A DNA stretch of 39,737 bases from an uncultured Brevundimonas sp. (GTDB lineage: Bacteria > Pseudomonadota > Alphaproteobacteria > Caulobacterales > Caulobacteraceae): the NCBI RefSeq assembly GCF_943913055.1, contig NZ_CALTWS010000001.1:1-39737 (forward strand), written 5' to 3'. The notes below the pieces were generated by a model. The model saw only the letters and a program-made list of their open reading frames with translations, did no database searches and was not told the origin of the DNA. The position numbers and the translations under genes were made by a program. How positions within the stretch are numbered: position 1 is the stretch's first letter; the number at the start of each line of letters is the position of its first letter. This document shows positions 1 to 8,989 of this stretch, piece after piece.

Positions 1-640
1 GGCCCAGACCCTGTCGCCGATCGTGCGCAAGGGTGAGGTCGCCGAGGACTATGTGCCGACCTCGCTGGAGGATCTGAACCGCGCCGTGCAGGGCTGTCGC
101 CGCTGTCCGCTGTGGCGCGATGCGACGCGAGGGGTGTGCGGCGTGGGCACCACCGCCGCGCCCCTGATGATCGTCGGAGAACAGCCTGGCGATCAGGAGG
201 ATCTGGCGGGTCAACCCTTCGTCGGTCCCGCCGGTCAGGTGCTGAACAGTGCGCTGGACGAGGTCGGCATCGACCGCGATCAGGCCTTCGTCACCAATGC
301 CGTCAAACATTTCAAGCACGAGCCGCGCGGCAAGCGCCGCCTGCATAAGACGCCTGTGGCGGGCGAAGTCACGGCCTGTCGCTGGTGGCTGGACAGCGAG
401 CGGCGACTGGTCAAACCGCGTCTGATCGTGGCCCTGGGTGCGACGGCGGCGCTGGGTGTGCTGGGCCGCAAGGTCACGATCGGCAAGGAGCGGGGTCATC
501 CGATCGCACTCGACGACGGCGCGACCCTGATGATCACGGCCCACCCGTCCTATCTGTTGCGCATTCCGGACGAGCAGGGAAGGGCGGCCGAAAGGCTGCG
601 GTTCGTCGAGGATCTGGCGCGCGTTCGCGACACACTTTGA
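1..640 (+). CDS. udgX: UdgX-family uracil-DNA binding protein (5' end truncated by the window)
   Basis: Frame is open from base 2. Family-4 UDG motifs CRRCPLW and GEQPG are present, plus the UdgX R-loop KHFKHEPRGKRRLHKTP and HPSYLLR. Confidence 0.9.
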   Translation, partial: AQTLSPIVRKGEVAEDYVPTSLEDLNRAVQGCRRCPLWRDATRGVCGVGTTAAPLMIVGEQPGDQEDLAGQPFVGPAGQVLNSALDEVGIDRDQAFVTNAVKHFKHEPRGKRRLHKTPVAGEVTACRWWLDSERRLVKPRLIVALGATAALGVLGRKVTIGKERGHPIALDDGATLMITAHPSYLLRIPDEQGRAAERLRFVEDLARVRDTL

Positions 641-743
641 GACGTATCGTTGGCTGTGGCTGAACGAATACGGCGTGGCCGCGTTGTCATCGGCTGATGA
701 GCTTTGCCGTGGCCAAAGCCGACGGGGCGATTTAGGTAGAGGC

Positions 744-1862
744 ATGGCCGCAGCGGACTTTCAGATCGACGAAAATGGTGCGGCCGGACTGACCTTGCGG
801 CTGACCGGCGACTGGACCGCGACCGAGCTGGGCCGCGTGTCGCGGCGTCTGGACGAGCAGTTGCATGAGCGTTGCGTCGATGCGGTGGACCTGAAGGATC
901 TGGGCCGTTTCGACACCGCCGGCGCACTCGCCATCGTGCAGGCCTCCAACTGCGTACTTCCCGAAAAGGCCTGGTCCGAACGCCCCGAAGCGGGCCGCAC
1001 CTATGCCATGGTCGAGAAGCTGGAGCGCGAGAGCGCCCCACCGCCGCGCCGCCCCCTGCCGGTCGTTCGGTTCTTCAGCAAGATCGGCCTGGGCGTCCAC
1101 GACATCGCCATGGAGGCCATGCTGTCGATGGCGTTCCTGGGCCGGTTGATCGTGGCGGTCGGTACGGCGTTCAAACATCCCAGCCGCATCCGTTGGGCCG
1201 CGTGGTTCAGTCAGGGCGAACGGGCCGGGCTGGACGCCATGCCGATCATCGCGGTGACCAACTTTTTCATTGGGTCGGTCATAGCCCTGCTGGGGGCGAA
1301 CCTGCTGTCACAGCTGGGAGCCGGCGTGTTCACGGTTCAGCTGGTGGCCGTGTCAGTCCTGCGTGAACTGGCCGTGCTGATTACTGCCATCCTGCTGGCC
1401 GGTCGCTCGGCCTCGTCCTTCGCGGCCGAGATCGGCTCCATGCGCATGACGCAGGAAGTCGATGCCATGCAGGTGATGGGCGTCAACCCGTTCCAGGCCC
1501 TGGTCATTCCGCGACTGGCGGCCATGGTCATCATGATGCCCTTGCTGACCTTCGTCGGGATCGTGACGGGCCTGTTCGGCGGCCTGCTGGTGACTTGGGG
1601 CGTGCTGGGCTATGGCCCGATCTTCTTCATCCAGCAGATGTCGCAGGACCCGATGATGGGCAACCACCTGCTGGTCGGCATGGTCAAGGCGCCGGTCTTC
1701 GCCATCGTGGTGGCCGCCATCGGCTGTCGTCAGGGCATGGCGGTGGCCGGCGACGTCGAGAGCCTGGGTCGCCGGGTTACCGCCGCCGTGGTGCAGGCCA
1801 TCTTCGCCATCATCTTCCTGGACGCCGTCTTTGCTCTGATCTTCATGGAGCTGAACCTGTGA
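744..1862 (+). CDS. mlaE: MlaE-family ABC transporter permease with N-terminal STAS-like domain
   Basis: Motifs LRELAVLITAILLAGRSASSFAAEIGSMRMTQEVDAM and RRVTAAVVQAI; multiple TM segments. ATG 744 is preferred as start. Confidence 0.9.
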   Translation: MAAADFQIDENGAAGLTLRLTGDWTATELGRVSRRLDEQLHERCVDAVDLKDLGRFDTAGALAIVQASNCVLPEKAWSERPEAGRTYAMVEKLERESAPPPRRPLPVVRFFSKIGLGVHDIAMEAMLSMAFLGRLIVAVGTAFKHPSRIRWAAWFSQGERAGLDAMPIIAVTNFFIGSVIALLGANLLSQLGAGVFTVQLVAVSVLRELAVLITAILLAGRSASSFAAEIGSMRMTQEVDAMQVMGVNPFQALVIPRLAAMVIMMPLLTFVGIVTGLFGGLLVTWGVLGYGPIFFIQQMSQDPMMGNHLLVGMVKAPVFAIVVAAIGCRQGMAVAGDVESLGRRVTAAVVQAIFAIIFLDAVFALIFMELNL

Positions 1863-2680
1863 CGGGCACTTTGCAGAAGATCGACGCTGCCGCTCCGGCG
1901 AGCGACAAGCCCGAGAACCTGATTGAGGTGCGCGGTCTGGTCAGCCAGTTCGGCGATCAGGCCCCGATCCACGAGAACCTCGATCTGGACGTCGCCCGGG
2001 GCGAGGTGCTGGGCGTCGTCGGCGGCTCCGGCACTGGCAAGACGGTGCTGCTGAACACCATTATCGGCCTGAAGGAGCCCGAAGCCGGCTCCATCAAGAT
2101 TTTCGGTCACGAGACCGCAGACATGACCAAGGCCCAGGCGGCCGACATCGAACGTCGGACGGGAATCCTGTTCCAGCAGGGGGCCCTGTTCTCGTCGCTG
2201 AGCGTGCTGGACAATGTCGCCTCGCCGCTGGTGGAGCACACCAACCTGTCCAAGGCCGTGATCCGTGAACTGGCCGAGATGAAGATCGCCATGGTGGGTC
2301 TGAAGCCGGAGGTGCATCATCAGAAGCCGGCCGAGCTGTCGGGCGGCATGAAGAAGCGCGTCGGCCTGGCACGTGCCCTGGCGCTGGACCCGGAACTGGT
2401 CTTTCTGGATGAGCCGACGGCGGGCCTTGATCCCATCGGGGCCGCGGCCTTCGACGACCTGATCCGCCAGCTGTCGGACGATCTGGGCCTGACCGTCTTC
2501 ATGATCACCCACGATCTGGACAGCCTTTACGCCATCACCGACCAGGTGGCCGTCCTGGCCGACAAGCATGTCGTCGCCAAGGCGCCGGTCCGAGAGCTGG
2601 AGCGCTCGGACCACCCCTGGATCAAGGAATACTTCCTGGGACCGCGCGGACGCGCCGGTTCCGGATCGAAAGCGGCCTGA
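1859..2680 (+). CDS. mlaF: MlaF-family ABC transporter ATP-binding protein
   Basis: Walker A GGSGTGKT, signature LSGGMKKR, Walker B VFLDEPTAGLDP, H-loop ITHD. GTG start overlaps the mlaE stop (GTGA). Confidence 0.92.
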   Translation: MTGTLQKIDAAAPASDKPENLIEVRGLVSQFGDQAPIHENLDLDVARGEVLGVVGGSGTGKTVLLNTIIGLKEPEAGSIKIFGHETADMTKAQAADIERRTGILFQQGALFSSLSVLDNVASPLVEHTNLSKAVIRELAEMKIAMVGLKPEVHHQKPAELSGGMKKRVGLARALALDPELVFLDEPTAGLDPIGAAAFDDLIRQLSDDLGLTVFMITHDLDSLYAITDQVAVLADKHVVAKAPVRELERSDHPWIKEYFLGPRGRAGSGSKAA

Positions 2681-2693
2681 GGAGAGCCGACCC

Positions 2694-3632
2694 ATGGAAA
2701 GAGACGCACACTACGCCGCCGTCGGCATCGCCACCGTCGCCCTTCTGGCGGCGCTGGCGGTCTTCGCCATCTGGCTGGCCCGCCTGCAGTTCAACAACGA
2801 CTACGACGTCTATGACATCGTCTTCTACGGCCCCGTGCGTGGCCTGTCGGAGGGTGGCGAGGTCCACTTCAACGGCATTCGCGTGGGCGAGGTCACCGAT
2901 CTGAACCTGGATCCCAACAAGGGCGATCAGGTCATCGCGCGCATTCGGGTCGATGGCACCACACCGGTCCGCGTCTCCTCGCGCGCCCAGCTGGAACCGC
3001 AGGGCATAACCGGACTGAACTACATCCAGATCACCGCTGGCGACCCGAACAGTGCCATCCTGAAGACCCAGTATCCGGACAATGTCATTCCGGTGATCCA
3101 GAGCCAGCCGTCGCCCATCGCCGAACTGCTCAGCGGCTCCGGCACGGTCTTGGCCCAGACGGTGGATGCGTTGAACCGCATCAACCGCGTGCTGTCCGAC
3201 GACAACGTTCGCAGCTTCTCGACCAGCCTGAAGAATGTCGAGTCCCTGACCGCCGAGCTGGAAGCGCGCAAGGGCATGTTCGAACAGCTGGAACAGGCCC
3301 TGACCAAGGCCAACTCGGCCATCGGCGAATATGAGGCCCTGGGAGCCGAGGCCCGTCGCCTGGTCGAAACAGACGGCCGCTCCGCCGTCGCCAATATCAA
3401 CAAGGCGGCCGAGGATGCCCAGAAGGCTATCGCCACCATCAACCGCACGGCCGAGGGTGTGGAGGGTCCGCTGACTGATTTCACCGCCACCGGCCTGCCG
3501 CAACTGCAACAGTCGATCCAGGGCCTGGAAGATGCCACGCGGTCGCTGGAAGGCCTCGTCGACGAGGTCCGTTCCAGCCCGCGAGACTTCATCGGCCGTC
3601 CCCCGACCCGTGAACTGGAGGTTCAACCGTGA
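2694..3632 (+). CDS. mlaD: MlaD/MCE-family substrate-binding protein
   Basis: N-terminal TM anchor, MCE motif VRGLSEGGEVHFNGIRVGEV...QGITGLNYIQI, helical C-terminus. GGAGAG precedes ATG 2694. Confidence 0.9.
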   Translation: MERDAHYAAVGIATVALLAALAVFAIWLARLQFNNDYDVYDIVFYGPVRGLSEGGEVHFNGIRVGEVTDLNLDPNKGDQVIARIRVDGTTPVRVSSRAQLEPQGITGLNYIQITAGDPNSAILKTQYPDNVIPVIQSQPSPIAELLSGSGTVLAQTVDALNRINRVLSDDNVRSFSTSLKNVESLTAELEARKGMFEQLEQALTKANSAIGEYEALGAEARRLVETDGRSAVANINKAAEDAQKAIATINRTAEGVEGPLTDFTATGLPQLQQSIQGLEDATRSLEGLVDEVRSSPRDFIGRPPTRELEVQP

Positions 3633-4255
3633 TCCGTTCCCACCTGCTTCGCCCATCCCTCATGCGTTTGGCCGCCGTCGGCGCCACCGCCGTCTCCCTT
3701 TCGGCCTGCGCCCTGCTGTCCAGCCCTGATCCGGTCCAGACCTACCGCTTCGGCGGGGTGTCGGGGCAGGCAGCGACCTTGGTGGCCGATCCGATCCTGG
3801 TGTCGATGCGTCGCGCCGAGCTGCCGGAGGCGTCGGAGGGCGACAAGTTGCTGGGCGTCACGGGCACGGAAACGGCCTATATCGGCGGTGCACGCTGGAT
3901 CTCGCCCGCGTCGGATTTGTTCACCGACGGTCTGGAAAATGCCTTCGCCAGCCAGGCCACCCGCGTGCGCCTGATCGGACCGCGCGAACTGGCCCGCAGC
4001 ACCCGCGCGCTGGACATCGACGTGCGTTCGTTCGAGACCCGCTACCCCGCGCCGGAGGCGGTGCCGACCGTGGTCGTCTCGGCCCGCGTGCGCCTGCTGA
4101 CCCTGCCGGAGCGGCAGGTGAAGGAAGAGCGCATCTTTACCGTCGAACAGCCTGCTGCCGCCAATCGCGTGGGGGCCATCGTCGAGGCCTATGACCTGGC
4201 CACGCGCGATCTGAACACCCAGATCGTCGCCTGGACCGAGGCGAACGCGGCCTGA
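3629..4255 (+). CDS. ABC-type transport auxiliary lipoprotein (PqiC-like)
   Basis: Lipobox LSAC; motif AYIGGARWISPAS; fourth gene of an MCE operon, overlapping the mlaD stop. Confidence 0.8.
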   Translation: MIRSHLLRPSLMRLAAVGATAVSLSACALLSSPDPVQTYRFGGVSGQAATLVADPILVSMRRAELPEASEGDKLLGVTGTETAYIGGARWISPASDLFTDGLENAFASQATRVRLIGPRELARSTRALDIDVRSFETRYPAPEAVPTVVVSARVRLLTLPERQVKEERIFTVEQPAAANRVGAIVEAYDLATRDLNTQIVAWTEANAA

Positions 4256-4261
4256 CGCCGA

Positions 4262-4912
4262 TCAGGCCAGGCCGGGCGCGATCGTATAGGTCGCCTCGGT
4301 CCTAGCCGCGACCTCGTCCAGGGTCACGCCTTCGGCCAGTTCGATCAACTCCAGGCCCTCGCCGTCCGGCTTGACGTCGAATACGGCCAGGTCTGTGATG
4401 ATGCGGCTTACCACGCCCGTGCCGGTCAGGGGCAGGGTGCAGGATTTCAGCACCTTGGACTGGCCGTGCTTGTTGGCGTGATCCATGACGACCACGACGC
4501 GCTTCACGCCCGCGACCAGGTCCATGGCCCCGCCCATGCCCTTCACCAGCTTGCCCGGGATCATCCAGTTGGCGATGTCGCCGTTCTCGGCCACTTCCAT
4601 CGCACCCAGGATGGACAGGTTGATGTGACCGCCACGGATCATGGCGAAGCTGTCGGCGCTGCTGAAATAGGCACTTTCGGGAATCTCGGTGATCGTCTGC
4701 TTGCCCGCGTTGATCAGGTCGGCGTCGACGTCCTCGTCATGAGGAAACGGGCCCATGCCCAGCATGCCGTTCTCGGACTGCAGCGTGACCTCTATTCCCT
4801 CGGGAATGTAGTTCGCCACCAGCGTCGGAATGCCGATACCCAGGTTCACATAGAAGCCGTCCTGCAGCTCCTTGGCGGCACGCTCGGCGAGTTGTTCGCG
4901 GGTACGGGGCAT
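4262..4912 (-). CDS. scoB: 3-oxoacid CoA-transferase subunit B
   Basis: [14 protein letters not shown], catalytic [15 protein letters not shown]. Confidence 0.93.
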   Translation of the reverse strand: MPRTREQLAERAAKELQDGFYVNLGIGIPTLVANYIPEGIEVTLQSENGMLGMGPFPHDEDVDADLINAGKQTITEIPESAYFSSADSFAMIRGGHINLSILGAMEVAENGDIANWMIPGKLVKGMGGAMDLVAGVKRVVVVMDHANKHGQSKVLKSCTLPLTGTGVVSRIITDLAVFDVKPDGEGLELIELAEGVTLDEVAARTEATYTIAPGLA

Positions 4913-4915
4913 GGG

Positions 4916-5074
4916 TCAGCCTTTCGAGGATGCGGCCTTGCCGAGATCACGCGCGGCGTCCGACAGGTTGTCACCAAGCGAGCAGGTGTTCAGCATGATG
5001 ATGAAGAGGAAGATCAGCCCCCAGGTCAGCTTGTCGCTGATCGATTTGAGGAGCGCATGGTGTTTGTCGTCCAT
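4916..5074 (-). CDS. Small hypothetical membrane protein (52 aa), not in the ORF track
   Basis: Hand translation [55 protein letters not shown] overlaps the scoA stop (TGATG), the stop lies 3 nt before the scoB ATG, and codons are host-like. Confidence 0.7.
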   Translation of the reverse strand: MDDKHHALLKSISDKLTWGLIFLFIIMLNTCSLGDNLSDAARDLGKAASSKG

Positions 5075-5778
5075 CACGCCATTTCCTTCTGACGCACGGT
5101 CCGCTGTTCGATCCGCTTCTCGAATGTGCCGACGAACAGGCGGTCGACGTAGACGCCCGGCGTATGGATGTGGTCAGGGTCCAGCGAGCCGACGGGCACG
5201 ATCTCCTCGACCTCGACCAGGGTGACCTTGCCCGCAGTCGCCATCATCGGGTTGAAGTTGCGGGCCGTCTTGCGGAACACCAGATTGCCACGCTCGTCGG
5301 CCTTCCACGCCTTGACGATGGCCAGATCGGCGACCAGGCCGGTTTCCATCACATAATCGCGGCCGTTGAAGTTGCGCACCTCCTTGCCTTCGGCGACCAG
5401 GGTGCCGACGCCGGTTGCGGTGAAGAAGGCAGGTATGCCCGCACCGCCCGCGCGAATGCGCTCGGCCAGGGTGCCCTGGGGGTTGAACTCCAGCTCCAGC
5501 TCACCGGCCAGATACTGGCGCTCGAACTCCTTGTTCTCCCCGACGTAGGAGCTGATCATCTTGGCGATCTGGCGGGTTTCCAGCAGCTGGCCCAGGCCGA
5601 AGCCGTCGACGCCGGCATTGTTGGAGATGACGGTCAGGCCCTTGACGCCGCTGTCGCGCAGGCCTGCGATCAGGTTCTCTGGAATGCCGCACAGGCCGAA
5701 CCCGCCGGACATGACGGTCATGCCGTCGAACGTCAGCCCGTCCAGCGCCGCCCGCGCATCGGAGACAATCTTCCGCAT
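5074..5778 (-). CDS. scoA: 3-oxoacid CoA-transferase subunit A
   Basis: [48 protein letters not shown]. Confidence 0.93.
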   Translation of the reverse strand: MRKIVSDARAALDGLTFDGMTVMSGGFGLCGIPENLIAGLRDSGVKGLTVISNNAGVDGFGLGQLLETRQIAKMISSYVGENKEFERQYLAGELELEFNPQGTLAERIRAGGAGIPAFFTATGVGTLVAEGKEVRNFNGRDYVMETGLVADLAIVKAWKADERGNLVFRKTARNFNPMMATAGKVTLVEVEEIVPVGSLDPDHIHTPGVYVDRLFVGTFEKRIEQRTVRQKEMA

Positions 5779-5975
5779 CGCTTCCTCTTTTCATCTTCTG
5801 ATGAATATCTGGTCTTTAGCCGTGTCTAGCTTTCCCCGCGCAGGGGGGCAAGCGCAAGGCGGCATGCGCGATGCGCGCAGGCAGGCTGACATCTTCTGTC
5901 AGATGCAGGGGCTGGAGAGACTCGTGAAAAAGGATAAAGGTCGCTGCGACATTCTGGCTTCCGGGAACCGTGAGT

Positions 5976-6893
5976 ATGAGCGTGCGCAAGGTCATCAATG
6001 CCCTGACCCTGATCTTCGTGATCGGCGTCGTGGCAGGTCTGGCCCTGACCCCGGATGGGCGCCAATGGCTGCGACATCCGACGCTGATGCTCGGCAAGGG
6101 CCAGGCAGCGGAGACTTCCGCGAGCCCCGATGCGCCCACACCCGCCCCGGCCGCCGATACCATTCGCCCGGCCTTGCCGACGACAGCGGTCGACAGCCGC
6201 GCCGTCACCCCCCTGCCTCAACGCCTGGCGCAGGGACCGCTGAAGATCGGCGTCTTCGGCGACTCCATGGCCTCGGACCTCTACACCGGTCTGTATCGCG
6301 ACATGCAGGCCTATCCGAATGTGACGGTCAGCAAGTTCACCCAGCCCGCGACGGGTCTGGCCCGCTATGACTTCGTGGACATTCAGGCCAAGACCCAGGG
6401 GCAGTTGGCCAATGCCGATCTGGACGTCGCCATCATCGCCTTTGGCACCAATGACGGGCAGGGGATGGAGATCGACGGTACCGTCCACCCCTTCGGCAGC
6501 GATGGCTGGAAGGCCATCTATGGCAAGCGGGTCGACGATCTGATCGCCCTGCTGAAAAGCCGTGACATCGCCGTCTACTGGGTCGGCAATCCGCGCATGC
6601 GCAGCGATGCCTTCAACGCCAAGATGCAGGTCATCAACGACCTGGTCCGCAGCCGTATGCAGGCCGCCAATGTGACCTTCATCGACATGGTGCCCCTGAC
6701 CGCCGACGCCCAGGGCGGTTACGAAGCCTATGGCCAGGATGCGAACGGGCGCCGTGTCCTGATGCGCAAGGACGACGGCATGCACCTGTCTCTGGCCGGG
6801 GTGATGCATGTCAGCGGCAGCATCGTCGACCGACTGGTGCGCGATGCGGGACTGGCGCGGCCGCAACCCGCCGCCACCCAGCCTGCCGCCTGA
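5976..6893 (+). CDS. Membrane-anchored SGNH/GDSL hydrolase (DUF459-like)
   Basis: N-terminal TM segment and Pro/Ala linker; SGNH blocks FGDSM, TGLARYD, GTND, DDGMH. Confidence 0.8.
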   Translation: MSVRKVINALTLIFVIGVVAGLALTPDGRQWLRHPTLMLGKGQAAETSASPDAPTPAPAADTIRPALPTTAVDSRAVTPLPQRLAQGPLKIGVFGDSMASDLYTGLYRDMQAYPNVTVSKFTQPATGLARYDFVDIQAKTQGQLANADLDVAIIAFGTNDGQGMEIDGTVHPFGSDGWKAIYGKRVDDLIALLKSRDIAVYWVGNPRMRSDAFNAKMQVINDLVRSRMQAANVTFIDMVPLTADAQGGYEAYGQDANGRRVLMRKDDGMHLSLAGVMHVSGSIVDRLVRDAGLARPQPAATQPAA

Positions 6894-6910
6894 TCGCCGG
6901 GACCGACTGA

Positions 6911-8311
6911 ATGCTGTTCCCGACCCTGGCCTTCGCGGTCTTCTTCCTGATCGTCTATTTCGCGACCTGGGCGCTGGGGGCGGAGAACCGGTCGCGCAAG
7001 ATCTTCCTGCTGCTGGCCAGCTGGTTCTTCTATGCCCAGTGGGACGAAAGGTTCGTCGCCCTGCTGATCCTGTCGGCGGTGCTGAACTGGGGCATTGCGG
7101 CCCTGATCGCGCAACGTCCCCGCGACCGGCGCAAATGGCTGCTGGTGCTCGGCGTCACGGTCAATCTGCTGATCCTCGGGACGTTCAAATACTACGGCTT
7201 CTTCGTGGAGCAGTTCGCGAACCTTTTGGCCCCGCTGGGCTGGGGACGCGACATCCAGATCCTGCAGATTCTGCTACCGGTGGGGATCAGCTTCTTCACC
7301 TTCCAGGGCATCAGCTATGTCGTGGACGTCCATCGCGGCACGACCCCGCCGGCCAAGAGCCTGCTCGACGTCATGCTGCTGATGAGCTTCTTCCCGCATC
7401 TGGTGGCCGGGCCGATCGTGCGAGCCTCGGACTTGCTTCCCCAGTTCGACAGGGCTCCGCGTCTGACGCGCGAGGCGGCCACCTGGGGCCTGTTGCTGAT
7501 CGTCTGGGGCCTGTTCAAGAAGTCGATCATCGCCACCGAGATTTCGGTCAATCTGGTGGATCCGGTCTTCTTCGACCCTTCCGCCTACAGCAGCGTCGAC
7601 ATCGCCTTTGCCGTCTATGGCTATGCGGTCCAGATCTATTGCGACTTCTCGGCCTATTCCGACATGGCCATCGGGATCGCGGCGCTCCTGGGCTATTCCT
7701 TCCCGCGCAACTTCGACCAGCCGTATCGCGCCTCGTCGATGCAGGACTTCTGGCGGCGCTGGCACATCAGCCTATCCAGCTGGCTGCGCGACTATCTGTA
7801 TATCCCGCTGGGCGGCGGCAAGAAGGGGCTGTGGGCCAGCTGCCGCAACGTCTTCATCACCATGCTGCTGGGTGGTCTCTGGCATGGCGCAGCCTGGACC
7901 TTCCTGGCCTGGGGGGCGCTGCACGGCTTCGTCCAGGTGGTCGAGCGGCTGGGTCGTTCCGCCTTCGGCAACCGCAAGGTCATGCCGACCGTCATCGGTG
8001 TCATCGTCACCTTCCACATCGTCTGCCTGGGCTGGATCCTGTTCCGGGCCGAGAGCTTCGGCATGGCCATGGCCATGCTGCAGGGCCTGGGCCGCCCCGG
8101 ACCCGTCTTGGCGCTGACACCGCTGCTGTTGGTGCTGGTCGTCGGCGGCCTGGCCATGCACTGGCTGCCGCCGCGGGCCATCGAGGGGGTGGCGGTGCGG
8201 CTCAAGGAGGCTCCGGCCCTGACGTTTGGCCTGTTGCTGTCCGCCGCCTTCCTGATCCTGGAAGCGGCCCGTCCCGACGGCGTCGCCCCCTTCATCTATT
8301 TCCAGTTCTGA
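6911..8311 (+). CDS. MBOAT O-acyltransferase, AlgI/PatA family
   Basis: LPVGISFFTFQGISY, QIYCDFSAYSDMA, FWRRWHISLSSWLRDYLYIPLGG, GLWHGA, C-terminal FIYFQF. Confidence 0.92.
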   Translation: MLFPTLAFAVFFLIVYFATWALGAENRSRKIFLLLASWFFYAQWDERFVALLILSAVLNWGIAALIAQRPRDRRKWLLVLGVTVNLLILGTFKYYGFFVEQFANLLAPLGWGRDIQILQILLPVGISFFTFQGISYVVDVHRGTTPPAKSLLDVMLLMSFFPHLVAGPIVRASDLLPQFDRAPRLTREAATWGLLLIVWGLFKKSIIATEISVNLVDPVFFDPSAYSSVDIAFAVYGYAVQIYCDFSAYSDMAIGIAALLGYSFPRNFDQPYRASSMQDFWRRWHISLSSWLRDYLYIPLGGGKKGLWASCRNVFITMLLGGLWHGAAWTFLAWGALHGFVQVVERLGRSAFGNRKVMPTVIGVIVTFHIVCLGWILFRAESFGMAMAMLQGLGRPGPVLALTPLLLVLVVGGLAMHWLPPRAIEGVAVRLKEAPALTFGLLLSAAFLILEAARPDGVAPFIYFQF

Positions 8312-8324
8312 GGCGGGAGGCGTC

Positions 8325-8762
8325 ATGACCCACGAACCCGATCGCACACCGACCCCCACCCGGCCCGATCCCGTCAGCGACTGGCTCCCGGAGGCCGACG
8401 CCCACGACCTGCGCACCTTCCGCGGACGGCTGCGCGCCTTCGGACGCAGTCTCTATCCGGTCGAACCGCCGCTGGATGCCGAGGCGACGGCGGCCGCCGA
8501 CCGGCGCTGGACCGATGTCGTCATCCTGGTCGTCGCGGTCTTCATGCTGACCTTCAACGCGGTCTCTCCGCTGAACTGGTCGCGCGAACAGCCGCCGGGC
8601 TGGTGGTCGGTCACGGTGGGGCGGATCTCTGAAGTCTGGGTCGATCAACTGGCGCAGGTTGGCACCGACATGCCGCGTCAGGGCATGCGCGACATCTGGC
8701 ACAGCTGGCAGGATGCCCGCTTCCCCGGCCAGGAACCGGCCGAGCCGCGCCCACCGCACTGA
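8325..8762 (+). CDS. Hypothetical single-TM protein
   Basis: GGGAG RBS, host-like codons, one hydrophobic segment (VVILVVAVFMLTF); follows the MBOAT gene by 13 nt. Confidence 0.7.
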   Translation: MTHEPDRTPTPTRPDPVSDWLPEADAHDLRTFRGRLRAFGRSLYPVEPPLDAEATAAADRRWTDVVILVVAVFMLTFNAVSPLNWSREQPPGWWSVTVGRISEVWVDQLAQVGTDMPRQGMRDIWHSWQDARFPGQEPAEPRPPH

Positions 8763-8773
8763 TGACCTCAATC

Positions 8774-8905
8774 CCGCTCATCCCGGCGAAAGCCGGGACC
8801 CAGAGCTTTGGATGATCGGTGTCCCGTTGCGTACGCGGTCGCTGTCCTGAAACACCCGCGCCAAGCTGGACAGAACTGGTTCCCGGCTTTCGCCGGGATG
8901 AGCGG
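8774..8905. repeat. REP doublet (REPIN-like inverted pair)
   Basis: CCGCTCATCCCGGCGAAAGCCGGGACCCAG (8774-8803) and its near-perfect reverse complement (8876-8905); each arm contains its own hairpin. Confidence 0.85.
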
Positions 8906-8989
8906 CAGGGGATGGGTTGACCCAAGGGCGCACCGACCCCTAGCGTGCCGCGCCCGCCGGGCTGGCGGATGTCATGGGACTGTTCTGAA

